Assembly: GCA_043801585.1 (NCBI GenBank)
Contig: JAZDLX010000075.1
Location: 1-33,333 of the forward strand
Length of the DNA: 33,333 bases
Source of the DNA: a bacterium
Lineage (GTDB): Bacteria > Electryoneota > Electryoneia > Electryoneales > Electryoneaceae
Direction: 5' to 3'
Part shown: piece after piece, positions 18,232 to 27,454 of the stretch
Numbering within the stretch: position 1 is the first letter of the stretch
Layout of the letters: the number at the start of each line of letters is the position of its first letter
Notes under the pieces: generated by a model
What the model saw: only the letters and a program-made list of their open reading frames with translations
What the model was told of the DNA's origin: nothing
Databases searched by the model: none
Made by a program: the position numbers and the translations under genes

Positions 18232-19386
18232 ATGTCTGAAGCGGCAGTCCACAACTGCGCAAAACGGGTGCTCTTCCTGACGCTGTTCGGAGATCTTCGC
18301 CGAGGAGGGCAGCACAGCCTGTTGCTCCTCGCCTCCCGAATGGACAGGAGCCGCTACGAGCCAACGGTCGCCGTTCCGGAAGAGGGCGCTCTCGCCGAAG
18401 CTCTTCGCGAACACGGCATTGAGACCCACGTTTTCGGATCGTGGCCGCATCCGTTGCGGCAGGCACCCTGGGTGACGCTGGAGGCGGCGTTTCGCCTGAG
18501 ACAGCTGATCCGTCAACTCCGTCCGGATGTGATCCACACCGATGCCCCCCGCCTCGCTCATCTCGCTGTGCTGGCGGGATGGGATATCCGGCGTGTGATG
18601 CATCTGCGCGTATCCACCTTCGACGGATTCTCCGACACCCTGCTCGCCCTGCATTCCCACGCCATGATCGCGATCAGCCAGGGTGTCGCGGATCGGTTTC
18701 TCCGTTACCCTGAAAGGATCCGGGACAAAATCCATATCGTCTACAACGGCGTCGACCTTGACCGTTTCCGCCCCCGTATACAAAAAGAGTGCGCATCGCT
18801 TCGCCTGGAACTTGGGCTCTCGAAAAAAGACCGAGTGGTGACGATGCTCGCGGCATTCGTTCCGTTTAAACGGCATCTCTTTATCGCTCAGGCGTGGGCG
18901 GAGGTGATGCGCCGGATTCCCGCCCGCCTGATTCTCGCCGGCAGCGGTGATGAAACGCTGCAACAACAGGTGGTTGAACGGTTGACCCAGCTTGGAATAC
19001 GCGAGTCGGTTCTGATTCTCCCACCAACATCCCGGCCGGAGGAACTACTCGGATGCGCGGATGTAAACATTCTTGCCTCCATTCGTGACGAAGGTCTCGG
19101 ACGAGTGATCCCCGAGGCGGCGGCCTGCGGAGTTCCTTCGATTGCCGCCGATGCGCCGGGAGTCCGGGAAACGATTCTCCCCGGTTTGACCGGAGTGCTT
19201 CTGCCTGCGGACTCCACGCCGGAACGATGGGGCGAGGAGATCGCAGCACTGCTTAAGGATAAAAAGCGTCGCGGACAACTGTCAGCGAGCGCACTCACCT
19301 TTGCCCGGGATCGTTTTTCCGCGGGACACTATTGCCGCGAAGTGATGAAAGTTTATGACCAGGTGTTGGAGCGGGAAAAGGGGTAG
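18232..19386 (+). CDS. Glycosyltransferase family 4
   Basis: RGGQHSL, IVYNGVDLDRF, EGLGRVIPEAAACGVP. Confidence 0.92.
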   Translation: MSEAAVHNCAKRVLFLTLFGDLRRGGQHSLLLLASRMDRSRYEPTVAVPEEGALAEALREHGIETHVFGSWPHPLRQAPWVTLEAAFRLRQLIRQLRPDVIHTDAPRLAHLAVLAGWDIRRVMHLRVSTFDGFSDTLLALHSHAMIAISQGVADRFLRYPERIRDKIHIVYNGVDLDRFRPRIQKECASLRLELGLSKKDRVVTMLAAFVPFKRHLFIAQAWAEVMRRIPARLILAGSGDETLQQQVVERLTQLGIRESVLILPPTSRPEELLGCADVNILASIRDEGLGRVIPEAAACGVPSIAADAPGVRETILPGLTGVLLPADSTPERWGEEIAALLKDKKRRGQLSASALTFARDRFSAGHYCREVMKVYDQVLEREKG

Positions 19387-19467
19387 CAGGGGACGATGAC
19401 GCCAGAGAATACCCCGAGCGATACATCGCAGGACTACATCCTCGTTTTTCACTCTTGAGACCCATTG

Positions 19468-19678
19468 GAGATCACCACGCCCTCCCGCCGTCGCGGGAGT
19501 GCTGGTGATGACACAGTGGGATGTGCCCTGAAGTCATCCTGATGCTATCCTGATTGTGTCATCCTGACCCCGGTCGGGGTCAGGATCTCTCGATGTGAAA
19601 CCTTCACAAATTTTCAGGTCACTCACTTCGAAAGATTCTTCACTTCGCCTGCCTGCCGCAGGTTGATTCAGAATGACT
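19468..19678. repeat. Cluster of GTCAT/ATGAC-ended REP-like palindromes between convergent GT4 genes
   Basis: GAGATCACCA..TGGTGATGAC (19468-19512); GTCATCCTGACCCCGGTCGGGGTCAGGATCT with ATCCTGA occurring three times; AGATTCTTCACTTCG..TTCAGAATGAC. Confidence 0.7.
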
Positions 19679-19711
19679 GCACGCGATTGATTGCATCGAG
19701 AGTATCCACCT

Positions 19712-20791
19712 TCAGATATGCTGATAAATCCATTCCAGCCGGTCGAGGTATCCCGTTTTTTCGTACTTCTTAAGAAATCGTTTTCGGGCGGCATTTCCCA
19801 TCCGGTCCCGCAGCGAATCATCATCGAGCAATTTCGCAAACGCCTCGGCCATCGCGCCCGGATCTCGAGGCGGTACGACGAATCCGGTCACACCCTGCTC
19901 GACAACTTCAGGCATTCCCCCGACATTCGTGCAGACACAGGGACGGCCCGCACGGTGAGCCTCGATCAACGCCAGGGATAGACCCTCGCGAGGCCAACTC
20001 GCCAAGGCGACGACATCCGCCGCGGCGAGCAACGTGGCGGTGTCCTGCACAAATCCAAGGAACTGAACGCGATCTGAGATCTTCAACTGTTCCGCCATCT
20101 CCTCAAGATCCGTTCTCAACGGACCTTCTCCAGCGACGAGCAGCATGCTTTCCGGCACCAGGGAAACGGCGTTGAGGAGAGTCGGGATTCCCTTGTGCTC
20201 GGTCAGCGATGCGAGGGTGACAACAACTCCGATCCCTTCGGGGATGTTCAGGCGGTGCTTCGATGCACCCTGATGCAATGGATCCTGATCCGAGATTCCA
20301 CCGGCAAGGACCTCGATCATTCCCCGGTCGATCCCGATGTTCACGACAAGATCTTCCATGACTGCCTTACTGACAGCGATGATCCTTCCACTCTTTTTCG
20401 CGAGACGGCGTTCGATCCACCTTTGAAATCCATTCAGACGGTGGGCGATCGAAAGATCCGTGTGGACATGGTATACCGTCCTGACATTCGTTCCGAACAG
20501 CGCCAACCGTCCAAAACGTCCTCCAACGAGGCCATGAAGGTGAACGACATCGGGCGGGGGCGCGAGCAGGGATTGCCTGACCTTGCGCAGCGCGGCCACA
20601 GCCAATCTGTTCACTCCGACGATGAAGACGTCCACACCTTTCAACTGCAAACGGTCCGCCGTTCTTCCACCGGAGGTGAGACAGACCACGCGGACTTCAG
20701 ACCCCCGCTCCAGCTGACCCAGAACGATATCCTCAATGAGATGTTCCAGGCCGCCGAATTTCAGATCCTGTACGACGTGAACGATTTTCAT
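19712..20791 (-). CDS. Glycosyltransferase family 4
   Basis: GGLE, HKGIPTLL, EGLSLALIEA, TNVGGMPEVV; ATGA overlap with the flippase stop. Confidence 0.92.
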   Translation of the reverse strand: MKIVHVVQDLKFGGLEHLIEDIVLGQLERGSEVRVVCLTSGGRTADRLQLKGVDVFIVGVNRLAVAALRKVRQSLLAPPPDVVHLHGLVGGRFGRLALFGTNVRTVYHVHTDLSIAHRLNGFQRWIERRLAKKSGRIIAVSKAVMEDLVVNIGIDRGMIEVLAGGISDQDPLHQGASKHRLNIPEGIGVVVTLASLTEHKGIPTLLNAVSLVPESMLLVAGEGPLRTDLEEMAEQLKISDRVQFLGFVQDTATLLAAADVVALASWPREGLSLALIEAHRAGRPCVCTNVGGMPEVVEQGVTGFVVPPRDPGAMAEAFAKLLDDDSLRDRMGNAARKRFLKKYEKTGYLDRLEWIYQHI

Positions 20792-22365
20792 GTGGTGGAC
20801 TTGCCACGCAAGGCGTTGAACAGCATTTTCACTTCCCTCACGGAAGTCGCTTTCAGAAACAGGGCGGAACCGGCATAGACAATCGCGAACAACACCGCAC
20901 TGGAGAGCCCGGGCAGCAAGGCGGATATGCGTCCACCCTCACTCGGCAAGGGAATGCCCCAGCGGAGCAGACTCCACGCCGCCAGTCCGGCAAGCACCGA
21001 TGCCATCATCGGTCTCAGCCAACTGGCTTTCAGGAAGGTGCCGATCTTCAATTTCAAGCCCGGCAATACCATCGTGATAAACCACCCCTGTCCGAGAAGC
21101 ATGGCGAAAAGCGTACCGAGGAGAACACCGCGGAATCCGAACTGGAAATAAAGGATGATGGAGAGTAACACGTTGGCAATCGCCTGCAACATGGCCGCCC
21201 GCGCCTCCCATCCGGGATGACCTATCCCCCGGCCGACTGAGCGCAGGGGTGATGTCAACGCCATTCCCACATAGGCGACCACGAGAACCGCCAACGCTTC
21301 CACCATCTGTGAATTGACCCTGCTCCCGATCCAGATTCGAAGGACGGCATTCCCCGCGACGATCAGGAACACCACCATCGGGAATCCGATAAGCGCAGCA
21401 TACTTCCCCGCGCGCTCGAGGAGAAGATGAAGCTTTGCCGTTTCCCCTCCCGCATGAAAACGAGCCGCTTCCGGCTCCACAACGGGCAGCATGACGAGAG
21501 GTCCCTGTTGAGCAACCCCCGCGGCTTTGGCACCGATGTCATACCAGGCGACGATGCTCAAACCCATCATTCGGCCGAGGATCAATCTGTCGAAGGAAGA
21601 GTAAATCACTTCCGCCATTCGGGCGACGATGACACGAAGCCCGAACCTCCAGAATTTCAAGATGGCTTCGCGTTGAACGGAGGAGACGGAGAGCTTGAAT
21701 CCCGGTGTCCCGGAAGCGCCCAGGCCGAAGATGAGCGCCAGTCTCAACACAGCAACTCCTGCGGACGCCATCGCGAGACCGATCAGACCGCCGCCCAATG
21801 CCAGGGCGATTGAAACGGCGATTCCGTACAAAACGGCGAGGGTGGTGCTCAACATGCCCAGGGTGGACACCCGGTGGGTGGACATGAAAAGCGCCCTGCC
21901 GTAACTCGTGATAAAACCGAGTGCAAGTACCGTCATCATCGAACGCCACGCCCAGTTTGCGGCAATTCCGAGATCTCGCGATCCGGTGAAAAAATCCAGG
22001 ACCCAATGCTCGACAATAAGTCCCAAGAGAAAAACACCGGTGGCAACAACGAAGAGATAGAGGAAAGCGCTGGAGAAGTATTCACGCTTCTGCTTTTCGT
22101 CTCCCGCGGTAAGCGCCGAAACGAAATGGAAATTCAGGGCGGCGGATACTCCGAAGTCGGTGAGATTAAGGTAATTCGCCACCGCGTAGATCAACGCCCA
22201 GTACCCATAGGCTGCTCCGCCGAGCTTGTGGAGCATGTACGGCACCAGCAGGAAACTGACAGTGACCTCAACGAGCCGTTGAAACGCGATCGATGCCGTG
22301 CCTCTTGTCATTCTCCTGCGGAGAGCGACGGTTTCATCCACCTTCATGCTGCTGGGCTCTTCCAT
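20788..22365 (-). CDS. Oligosaccharide flippase (Wzx/MOP superfamily)
   Basis: Many hydrophobic segments; LVPYMLHKLGGAAYGYW, DFGVSAAL, DRLILGRMMG. Confidence 0.88.
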   Translation of the reverse strand: MEEPSSMKVDETVALRRRMTRGTASIAFQRLVEVTVSFLLVPYMLHKLGGAAYGYWALIYAVANYLNLTDFGVSAALNFHFVSALTAGDEKQKREYFSSAFLYLFVVATGVFLLGLIVEHWVLDFFTGSRDLGIAANWAWRSMMTVLALGFITSYGRALFMSTHRVSTLGMLSTTLAVLYGIAVSIALALGGGLIGLAMASAGVAVLRLALIFGLGASGTPGFKLSVSSVQREAILKFWRFGLRVIVARMAEVIYSSFDRLILGRMMGLSIVAWYDIGAKAAGVAQQGPLVMLPVVEPEAARFHAGGETAKLHLLLERAGKYAALIGFPMVVFLIVAGNAVLRIWIGSRVNSQMVEALAVLVVAYVGMALTSPLRSVGRGIGHPGWEARAAMLQAIANVLLSIILYFQFGFRGVLLGTLFAMLLGQGWFITMVLPGLKLKIGTFLKASWLRPMMASVLAGLAAWSLLRWGIPLPSEGGRISALLPGLSSAVLFAIVYAGSALFLKATSVREVKMLFNALRGKSTT

Positions 22366-22531
22366 GTACCTTCCTGTTTCCGGTTTCGCCTAAGGTACAT
22401 ACGAGGTTGCGGACCAGCCACATGTGCAGTGCACTGATTTGACCCCGATCACGTGCCGGAACCGAACCTCCGCTCTGTACGCGAGCCCTGTCATTGTGTA
22501 TGTTAGGACCTGTACGACAAACCGGAAAACG

Positions 22532-23647
22532 ATGACGAGCCGATCCAGAATCCCCGTGCACTTTGGCGACGCACCGCCTCCAGCCCCGTTCCGATCACGG
22601 CAACCAAATGCCGTCAGGACCCTGCCGAAGGTGGCCTATGCACTGTATGGCACGTGGTTGAAAATCACCCACCCGTCGCCGCCTGCGCCGATGATTCCAG
22701 CGGCTGACCAGGTGAAACGGCTGGTGGCTGTGCAGCTTGAACGGCTAGGCGATCTGGTGCTGATCGAGCCTGCACTGCGAGCACTTCGCCTTCACTATCC
22801 AAAGGCTCAACGAGTACTGATCGCTCCGCCTGGGGCCGGGGACCTCTATGCCGGTACAGGCTGGGGTGAAATCCTGGCGCCGCAAGCCTTGGAAATCCTG
22901 CGTAAAACCGAGGAAGAGCCCTTCGATCTCGCCATTGACCTGACGGGACGCGTGGAATATCGTATCGCGAAAACCCTGGCATACAGCGGGATTTCACACC
23001 GTATCGGGTACAATCGAGCTGGACGCGGGATCTACCACACGATTCCTCTCCCGTGGCCGGAAATCTCTCTCCCGATGCGCAGAGTCTACCTTGCCCTCGC
23101 ACAGGCGCTGGGTTCGACGATGAGCGACAGCATCCCACGCCTGCCCCGGGGCGACGACCGGCTGCAACGTGGCAGGGACCTGTGGCGCGATCACCGCCTC
23201 AACGCTCCGGTGGTACTTCTCCCCGGTGCTCACCAATCGCAGCAACGGTGGGCACTGGGCAATTTCGCCGCAGTGGGAAGGGCGTTGCGAAAACAGGGTG
23301 TGGAAGTCGCTGTCGTCTGCGGACCAGATGAAGAGGGGTTTGCGGGAGCGCTCGCCCAGGAAATCGAGGTTCCCCTCGTTTCGGGTCCGACGATGAGCGA
23401 GTTGATGGATCTTCTGGCGACGAGCCAGGTCGCCGTTTGCAACAACACCGGACCGATGCACCTGGCGGCGGCTCTCGGCGTTCCAACGATTTCCACCATG
23501 GGGCCGACAATCCCGTGGAGATGGTGGCCCGTGTCCGATGCTCCGACCATTGTCTTCCGCTCAGGATCGCAGGGACCGATCGCCGACATGCGCCTGATCG
23601 ACCCCCTCGAAGTTGCCGCAGCGGTGCTGCATTTGCTGGATGAGTAA
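22532..23647 (+). CDS. Glycosyltransferase family 9 (heptosyltransferase-like)
   Basis: QLERLGDLVL, FDLAIDL, LLPGA..QRW, CNNTGPMHLAAALGVPT, GPT..WWP. ATG 22532 preferred as start. Confidence 0.9.
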   Translation: MTSRSRIPVHFGDAPPPAPFRSRQPNAVRTLPKVAYALYGTWLKITHPSPPAPMIPAADQVKRLVAVQLERLGDLVLIEPALRALRLHYPKAQRVLIAPPGAGDLYAGTGWGEILAPQALEILRKTEEEPFDLAIDLTGRVEYRIAKTLAYSGISHRIGYNRAGRGIYHTIPLPWPEISLPMRRVYLALAQALGSTMSDSIPRLPRGDDRLQRGRDLWRDHRLNAPVVLLPGAHQSQQRWALGNFAAVGRALRKQGVEVAVVCGPDEEGFAGALAQEIEVPLVSGPTMSELMDLLATSQVAVCNNTGPMHLAAALGVPTISTMGPTIPWRWWPVSDAPTIVFRSGSQGPIADMRLIDPLEVAAAVLHLLDE

Positions 23648-23938
23648 AGCCAATCCACGATCGCCGGGTTCGGAGAACCCGGCCTACACTCTCCCTGCCT
23701 CGCCGCACTTTTCACCCCCGCGCAGGCGGGGGTCCAGAGGAAGAATGACGACCCGGGAAATGGACCTTCGGTTCACATCCCGGGCCACCCGCTCGAAATT
23801 GCCGCAGCGGTGCTGCATTTGCTGGATGAGTAAAGCCAATCCACGATCGCCGGGTTCGGAGAACCCGGCCTACACATCTCCCTGCCTCGCCGCACTTGTC
23901 ACCCCCGCGCAGGCGGGGGGTCCAGAGGAAGAATGACG
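23606..23938 (+). repeat. Direct duplication (~145 bp) of the GT9 3' end plus two REP units
   Basis: 23606-23750 vs 23792-23938 differ by two substitutions and two 1-nt indels. A partial third copy lies near 23993-24056. Confidence 0.92.
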
Positions 23939-23947
23939 GTCATACTG

Positions 23948-23996
23948 CTGGATTCCCGCCTTCCCCGACGGATCGGGACAGGCGCAGGAATGACAC
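23948..23996. repeat. ATTCCC..GGAAT (dRS3-like) REP with 20-bp loop insert
   Basis: CTGGATTCCCGCCTT[CCCCGACGGATCGGGACAGG]CGCAGGAATGACAC compared with the empty copy at 30792-30820. Confidence 0.75.
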
Positions 23997-24068
23997 ATCT
24001 CTCCGCCTCCCCACACTTGTCACCCCCGCGCAGGCGAGGGTCCAGAGGAAGAACGAAGGGCAAGGGGC

Positions 24069-24140
24069 TGTAGCCCGGACATACCGGTCCGGGGCTCTTG
24101 TATTAAAAAACCGGTCCCGAACGGTCGGGACCGGTCTACG
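24069..24140. repeat. GTAG-tagged REP doublet (REPIN-like)
   Basis: TGTAG-CCCGGAC..GTCCGGG-spacer-CCGGTCCCGA..TCGGGACCGG-TCTAC, the same architecture as 1591-1652. Confidence 0.75.
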
Positions 24141-24190
24141 CTTGCTTTGGTTCACATCCCGGGGGCCACCCGTCCGACTTCCACAGTGGA

Positions 24191-25384
24191 TCAGATCAAC
24201 TCAATGTCAGGTTTGAAACGGATCACACGGCCGCCGCTGTCAAGGAACGGGTCGAGAAGTTCGAGTAGTTCTTCCTGCCTCCGTTCCGAACTGACCAGCA
24301 CAGCGTCAAAATCCTGTTTGCTTTCGATGGCAACCATCGCTTCAATCGTGAACGAACTTCCCGAAAGGACTGCGCCATACCGGGTTTTATCAGTCGTCAC
24401 CACTCTACGAACCTTGTCTCCGATCCCGGTATAGTAAAGCATGTCCACGCTCGGGGTACCGGCGCCGAGGATGATGATGCCGTTGGGACACTGCCTGGCA
24501 AGCAGCGCAGGCAACTCTTCCGCGAGTTTGTCCTTGCGTTCGAGGAATGCATCCACATCGTCGAATGCGACTTCCACCTCCTCATCGCTGGGTGGCACGG
24601 GGTCCAGGGCTTCCTCGCCCTTGTCCGGCACCTGCGCGAACATGGCGATGTACGATTCCTCGTACCCTCCCACAATGTCCATTCCCTGCAAAGTCAGCGC
24701 ATAGCGGAGAGTAGGGACTTTCCAGTACTGATGATGGTGAAAGGAAAATCCGCCAAATCCGGACCGGCGAAAGACTCTGCCGGCGTTTGGCACTTCCACC
24801 GCGAGCAACCCATTCGGTTTCAAAAGGTTGTTGATCGCCGAAAGGAAAAGGGTCGGTTCTGGAACATGTTCAAGAATCGAACGCATGACAATCATGTCAA
24901 AGCTTCCATCCTCGTACAGCCCCTCCTCGAAGCGCCCGGCCCTGACCTCGAACCCCCTCTTCTTTGCGATGGTTGCCGCTCGTGGATCCGCGTCGATTCC
25001 CTGGACGTCGAAGCCCCATTCCTTCAATTGCATCATCACTGTCCCGGTGCCACAGCCGATTTCGAGGACGCGGCCTTTCGCCGGTGCGTACCGGCGCAGA
25101 CTCTCGAGGAAGCGATCCGTCTCGGCTACTTCCATGCCGGTCTCCTCACTGGAGAGCGGACTGGGTTGTCGCAACAGCATTGCATCCAACTCTTCGATCG
25201 AAATCGGAGTGAGCTGGAAAACACTTCCGCAAACGCGACACATCCCGATGGAAAGTGTACCGGAAGGGATCTTCTTGGCCTCGGAGGCTTCAACCGCGCC
25301 ATTCCCAGCGAGAGGATAATCATCCAGGGCGATTATTTCCTCAATGTCGCTGGCGCTGCAGACGGGACACTGCTCCCGTATCAT
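24191..25384 (-). CDS. Class I SAM-dependent methyltransferase, sugar C-methyltransferase (NovU/TcaB9-like) architecture
   Basis: N-terminal CPVC..CRVC zinc site, VLEIGCGTG, ILEHVPEP, EVPN, and a C-terminal Rossmann-like IILGAG domain. Confidence 0.8.
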   Translation of the reverse strand: MIREQCPVCSASDIEEIIALDDYPLAGNGAVEASEAKKIPSGTLSIGMCRVCGSVFQLTPISIEELDAMLLRQPSPLSSEETGMEVAETDRFLESLRRYAPAKGRVLEIGCGTGTVMMQLKEWGFDVQGIDADPRAATIAKKRGFEVRAGRFEEGLYEDGSFDMIVMRSILEHVPEPTLFLSAINNLLKPNGLLAVEVPNAGRVFRRSGFGGFSFHHHQYWKVPTLRYALTLQGMDIVGGYEESYIAMFAQVPDKGEEALDPVPPSDEEVEVAFDDVDAFLERKDKLAEELPALLARQCPNGIIILGAGTPSVDMLYYTGIGDKVRRVVTTDKTRYGAVLSGSSFTIEAMVAIESKQDFDAVLVSSERRQEELLELLDPFLDSGGRVIRFKPDIELI

Positions 25385-25516
25385 AGCCTCCTCGTGTTGA
25401 TCAGGATGGTAAACGAATCATGTCTCGCCGACTGCCTTATTCAAAGTAGGATTGGGTTTTCTCAACTGTCAAGCCATCCCTGCACCCCGGAACGCATAAT
25501 CGGTACCTCCCCAGGC

Positions 25517-27454
25517 TCAGGAGGTCCGCCCGCCAAAATACATTTCGAGCCAGATTCCGATGTTTGCGAGCATCCAGTGTTTCATTCCCTCCTCCTTGCC
25601 CCGGGCGCTTCGCAGCATCTCCTCCAGCCGGGACAACTTGAAAATCTCGCCCATCTTCCGCGTGAGAATGCGTTGCGCAGCCCAGTCGTTTCGAGAGCCG
25701 AACATCCATGAATCGAGGGGAACCGGGAAGGCCGTCTTGGGTCTCATCAGGATGTCGTCCGGAATGGTTCCGGCAAACGCGAGGCGGAGGAGATATTTGC
25801 TGATGTCCAGCTTGCCCGCGACTTCAATCGATGTCAGACACTTCGCCTGTTTTTCCTGCTCCGGCCCCAACCAGCGAACCTTGTATTTCACGGGCTGAAC
25901 CGCGGACCACTCGACGAGGTCCCGGTCGGTGAACGGCACCCGTCCCTCGACACTCTCCGCCATCGTGGTTGCATCCAGTCGAAGCAGCAGCGCCGAAAGA
26001 TGGATCTCCTCGAGAATTGCCAGGACTTTTTCATAAGGATCGATTCCGGAATCGTCAAGATCCACCCACACCGATTCCCATTCATCACTGATCTCCCGTT
26101 CGATTTCGACGACAGGAAAGGACGGAGAGAACAGGCTCTCCCGCTCGGCTTTGGGAATCCACTGGTAAATGCCCAGGAACTGCTCGCCCTGGTTGCGGAA
26201 GGATGTCGTTCCATATAACCGCTGCAGGGAATGTTCGACCCTCGCTTTTTCTTCTCCGGTGAAGGCGCCTTCCGCAAGACTCCGTGCCAGAAGCCAGTCA
26301 TGAGGACTGCGAACCAGCGCTGGATAGCCACCGAGAAGTTCGTCCGCACCCTCTCCCGACAGAACGACCGTCATCACTTTCTTCAGGTGGCGGGAAAGAA
26401 ACCTCAGGGGTACTTCGTTGGGAACGGACAGCGGGGTATCCTTGACGTTCACCAGCGCTTCAAATTCCTTGAAATACCCTTCTTCTGTCAGAGTGACAAT
26501 GCTGTGGGTAACTCCGAGACTGCGCGAGACCTGTTTGGCGTAGTCAAATTCATTGAATCCCTCCTCCTCAAATCCGATCGAGAAGGTAGACAATCTTTTT
26601 TTCCCCATCGACCGCATCAGCGTTACGATGACAGCGCTGTCGATCCCACCCGAGAGATAGGCGCCGAGCGGTACATCCGACATCAGACGACGCCTCACGG
26701 CCACCGTCAGCAGCCTTCGGAATTCATCTGCGGTGCGTTCCTCCCCCAAGTCGGTCTTGTCAGCCTCCCGGACTCTTGGCAGTGACCAGTAACGGACGGA
26801 TTCATGCCTTTTCCCTTCCCACACGACATAGGTGCCGGCCTGCACCTCATGAATCCCGGTGAACAGGGTTCTTCCCTTGAAGGCAAGCCGGTAATGGGCG
26901 ATGTAGTTCACAAGGACCGCATGATCGATGTTGCGTGGATAGGAGGGGTCTGCGAGGATGGTCTTGATTTCGCTGCCGAAACGGAGCAGTCCGCCACGCA
27001 TCGCCCAGTAGAGGGGTTTGATTCCGAGGTGATCCCGCGCGAGGATCAACCGGCGGGACTTCGGCTCCCACCAGCCGAAGGCGTACATCCCACGAATCCG
27101 TTTCAGGGTCGTATCAATTCCCCAGTGCACGAGTGCCTTCGCCAGCACTTCGGTGTCGCATTTGCTTCTGAAACGAACGCCGTCGGATTCGAGCTCACGA
27201 CGGAGCTTGGCATGATTGTAGATCTCGCCGTTATATGTCAGCACCGAGCCGGTTTCATCATCCACCCACGGTTGTGCACCGCCCTCGATGTCGATGATCG
27301 CAAGTCGCCGGTGTCCTATCCCGGCTCCCTCGCCGATCCAGATCCCACGCCCGTCGGGACCACGGTGCGCAATGGAGTCAGTCATCCTCTCCAGCAGTGA
27401 ACGATCCAGTTCAATTCGTGAATCAAGGGCAACCAATCCCGTGATGCCGCACAC
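25517..27454 (-). CDS. asnB: Asparagine synthase (glutamine-hydrolysing) family amidotransferase
   Basis: MCGI N-terminus, HRGPDG, GHRRLAIID, YNGEIYN, ARDHLGIKPLY, LSGGIDS, VLSGEGADE, EGRVPF. Confidence 0.95.
   Translation of the reverse strand: MCGITGLVALDSRIELDRSLLERMTDSIAHRGPDGRGIWIGEGAGIGHRRLAIIDIEGGAQPWVDDETGSVLTYNGEIYNHAKLRRELESDGVRFRSKCDTEVLAKALVHWGIDTTLKRIRGMYAFGWWEPKSRRLILARDHLGIKPLYWAMRGGLLRFGSEIKTILADPSYPRNIDHAVLVNYIAHYRLAFKGRTLFTGIHEVQAGTYVVWEGKRHESVRYWSLPRVREADKTDLGEERTADEFRRLLTVAVRRRLMSDVPLGAYLSGGIDSAVIVTLMRSMGKKRLSTFSIGFEEEGFNEFDYAKQVSRSLGVTHSIVTLTEEGYFKEFEALVNVKDTPLSVPNEVPLRFLSRHLKKVMTVVLSGEGADELLGGYPALVRSPHDWLLARSLAEGAFTGEEKARVEHSLQRLYGTTSFRNQGEQFLGIYQWIPKAERESLFSPSFPVVEIEREISDEWESVWVDLDDSGIDPYEKVLAILEEIHLSALLLRLDATTMAESVEGRVPFTDRDLVEWSAVQPVKYKVRWLGPEQEKQAKCLTSIEVAGKLDISKYLLRLAFAGTIPDDILMRPKTAFPVPLDSWMFGSRNDWAAQRILTRKMGEIFKLSRLEEMLRSARGKEEGMKHWMLANIGIWLEMYFGGRTS

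Noticed and set aside
18058..18966. 302-aa minus-strand ORF
   Set aside because: Shadow of the GT4 gene; no motif.
23606..23938. DGR template/variable repeat, or attL/attR of an integrated element
   Set aside because: The differences include indels and are not adenine-specific. No reverse transcriptase or integrase is present, and only 41 bp separate the copies.
23613..24216. Short ORFs with internally repeated peptides (MPQRCCICWMSK...)
   Set aside because: Out-of-frame translations of the DNA duplication and REP units; no RBS support.
24731..25711. 326-aa plus-strand ORF
   Set aside because: Antisense to the methyltransferase and asnB; no motif.
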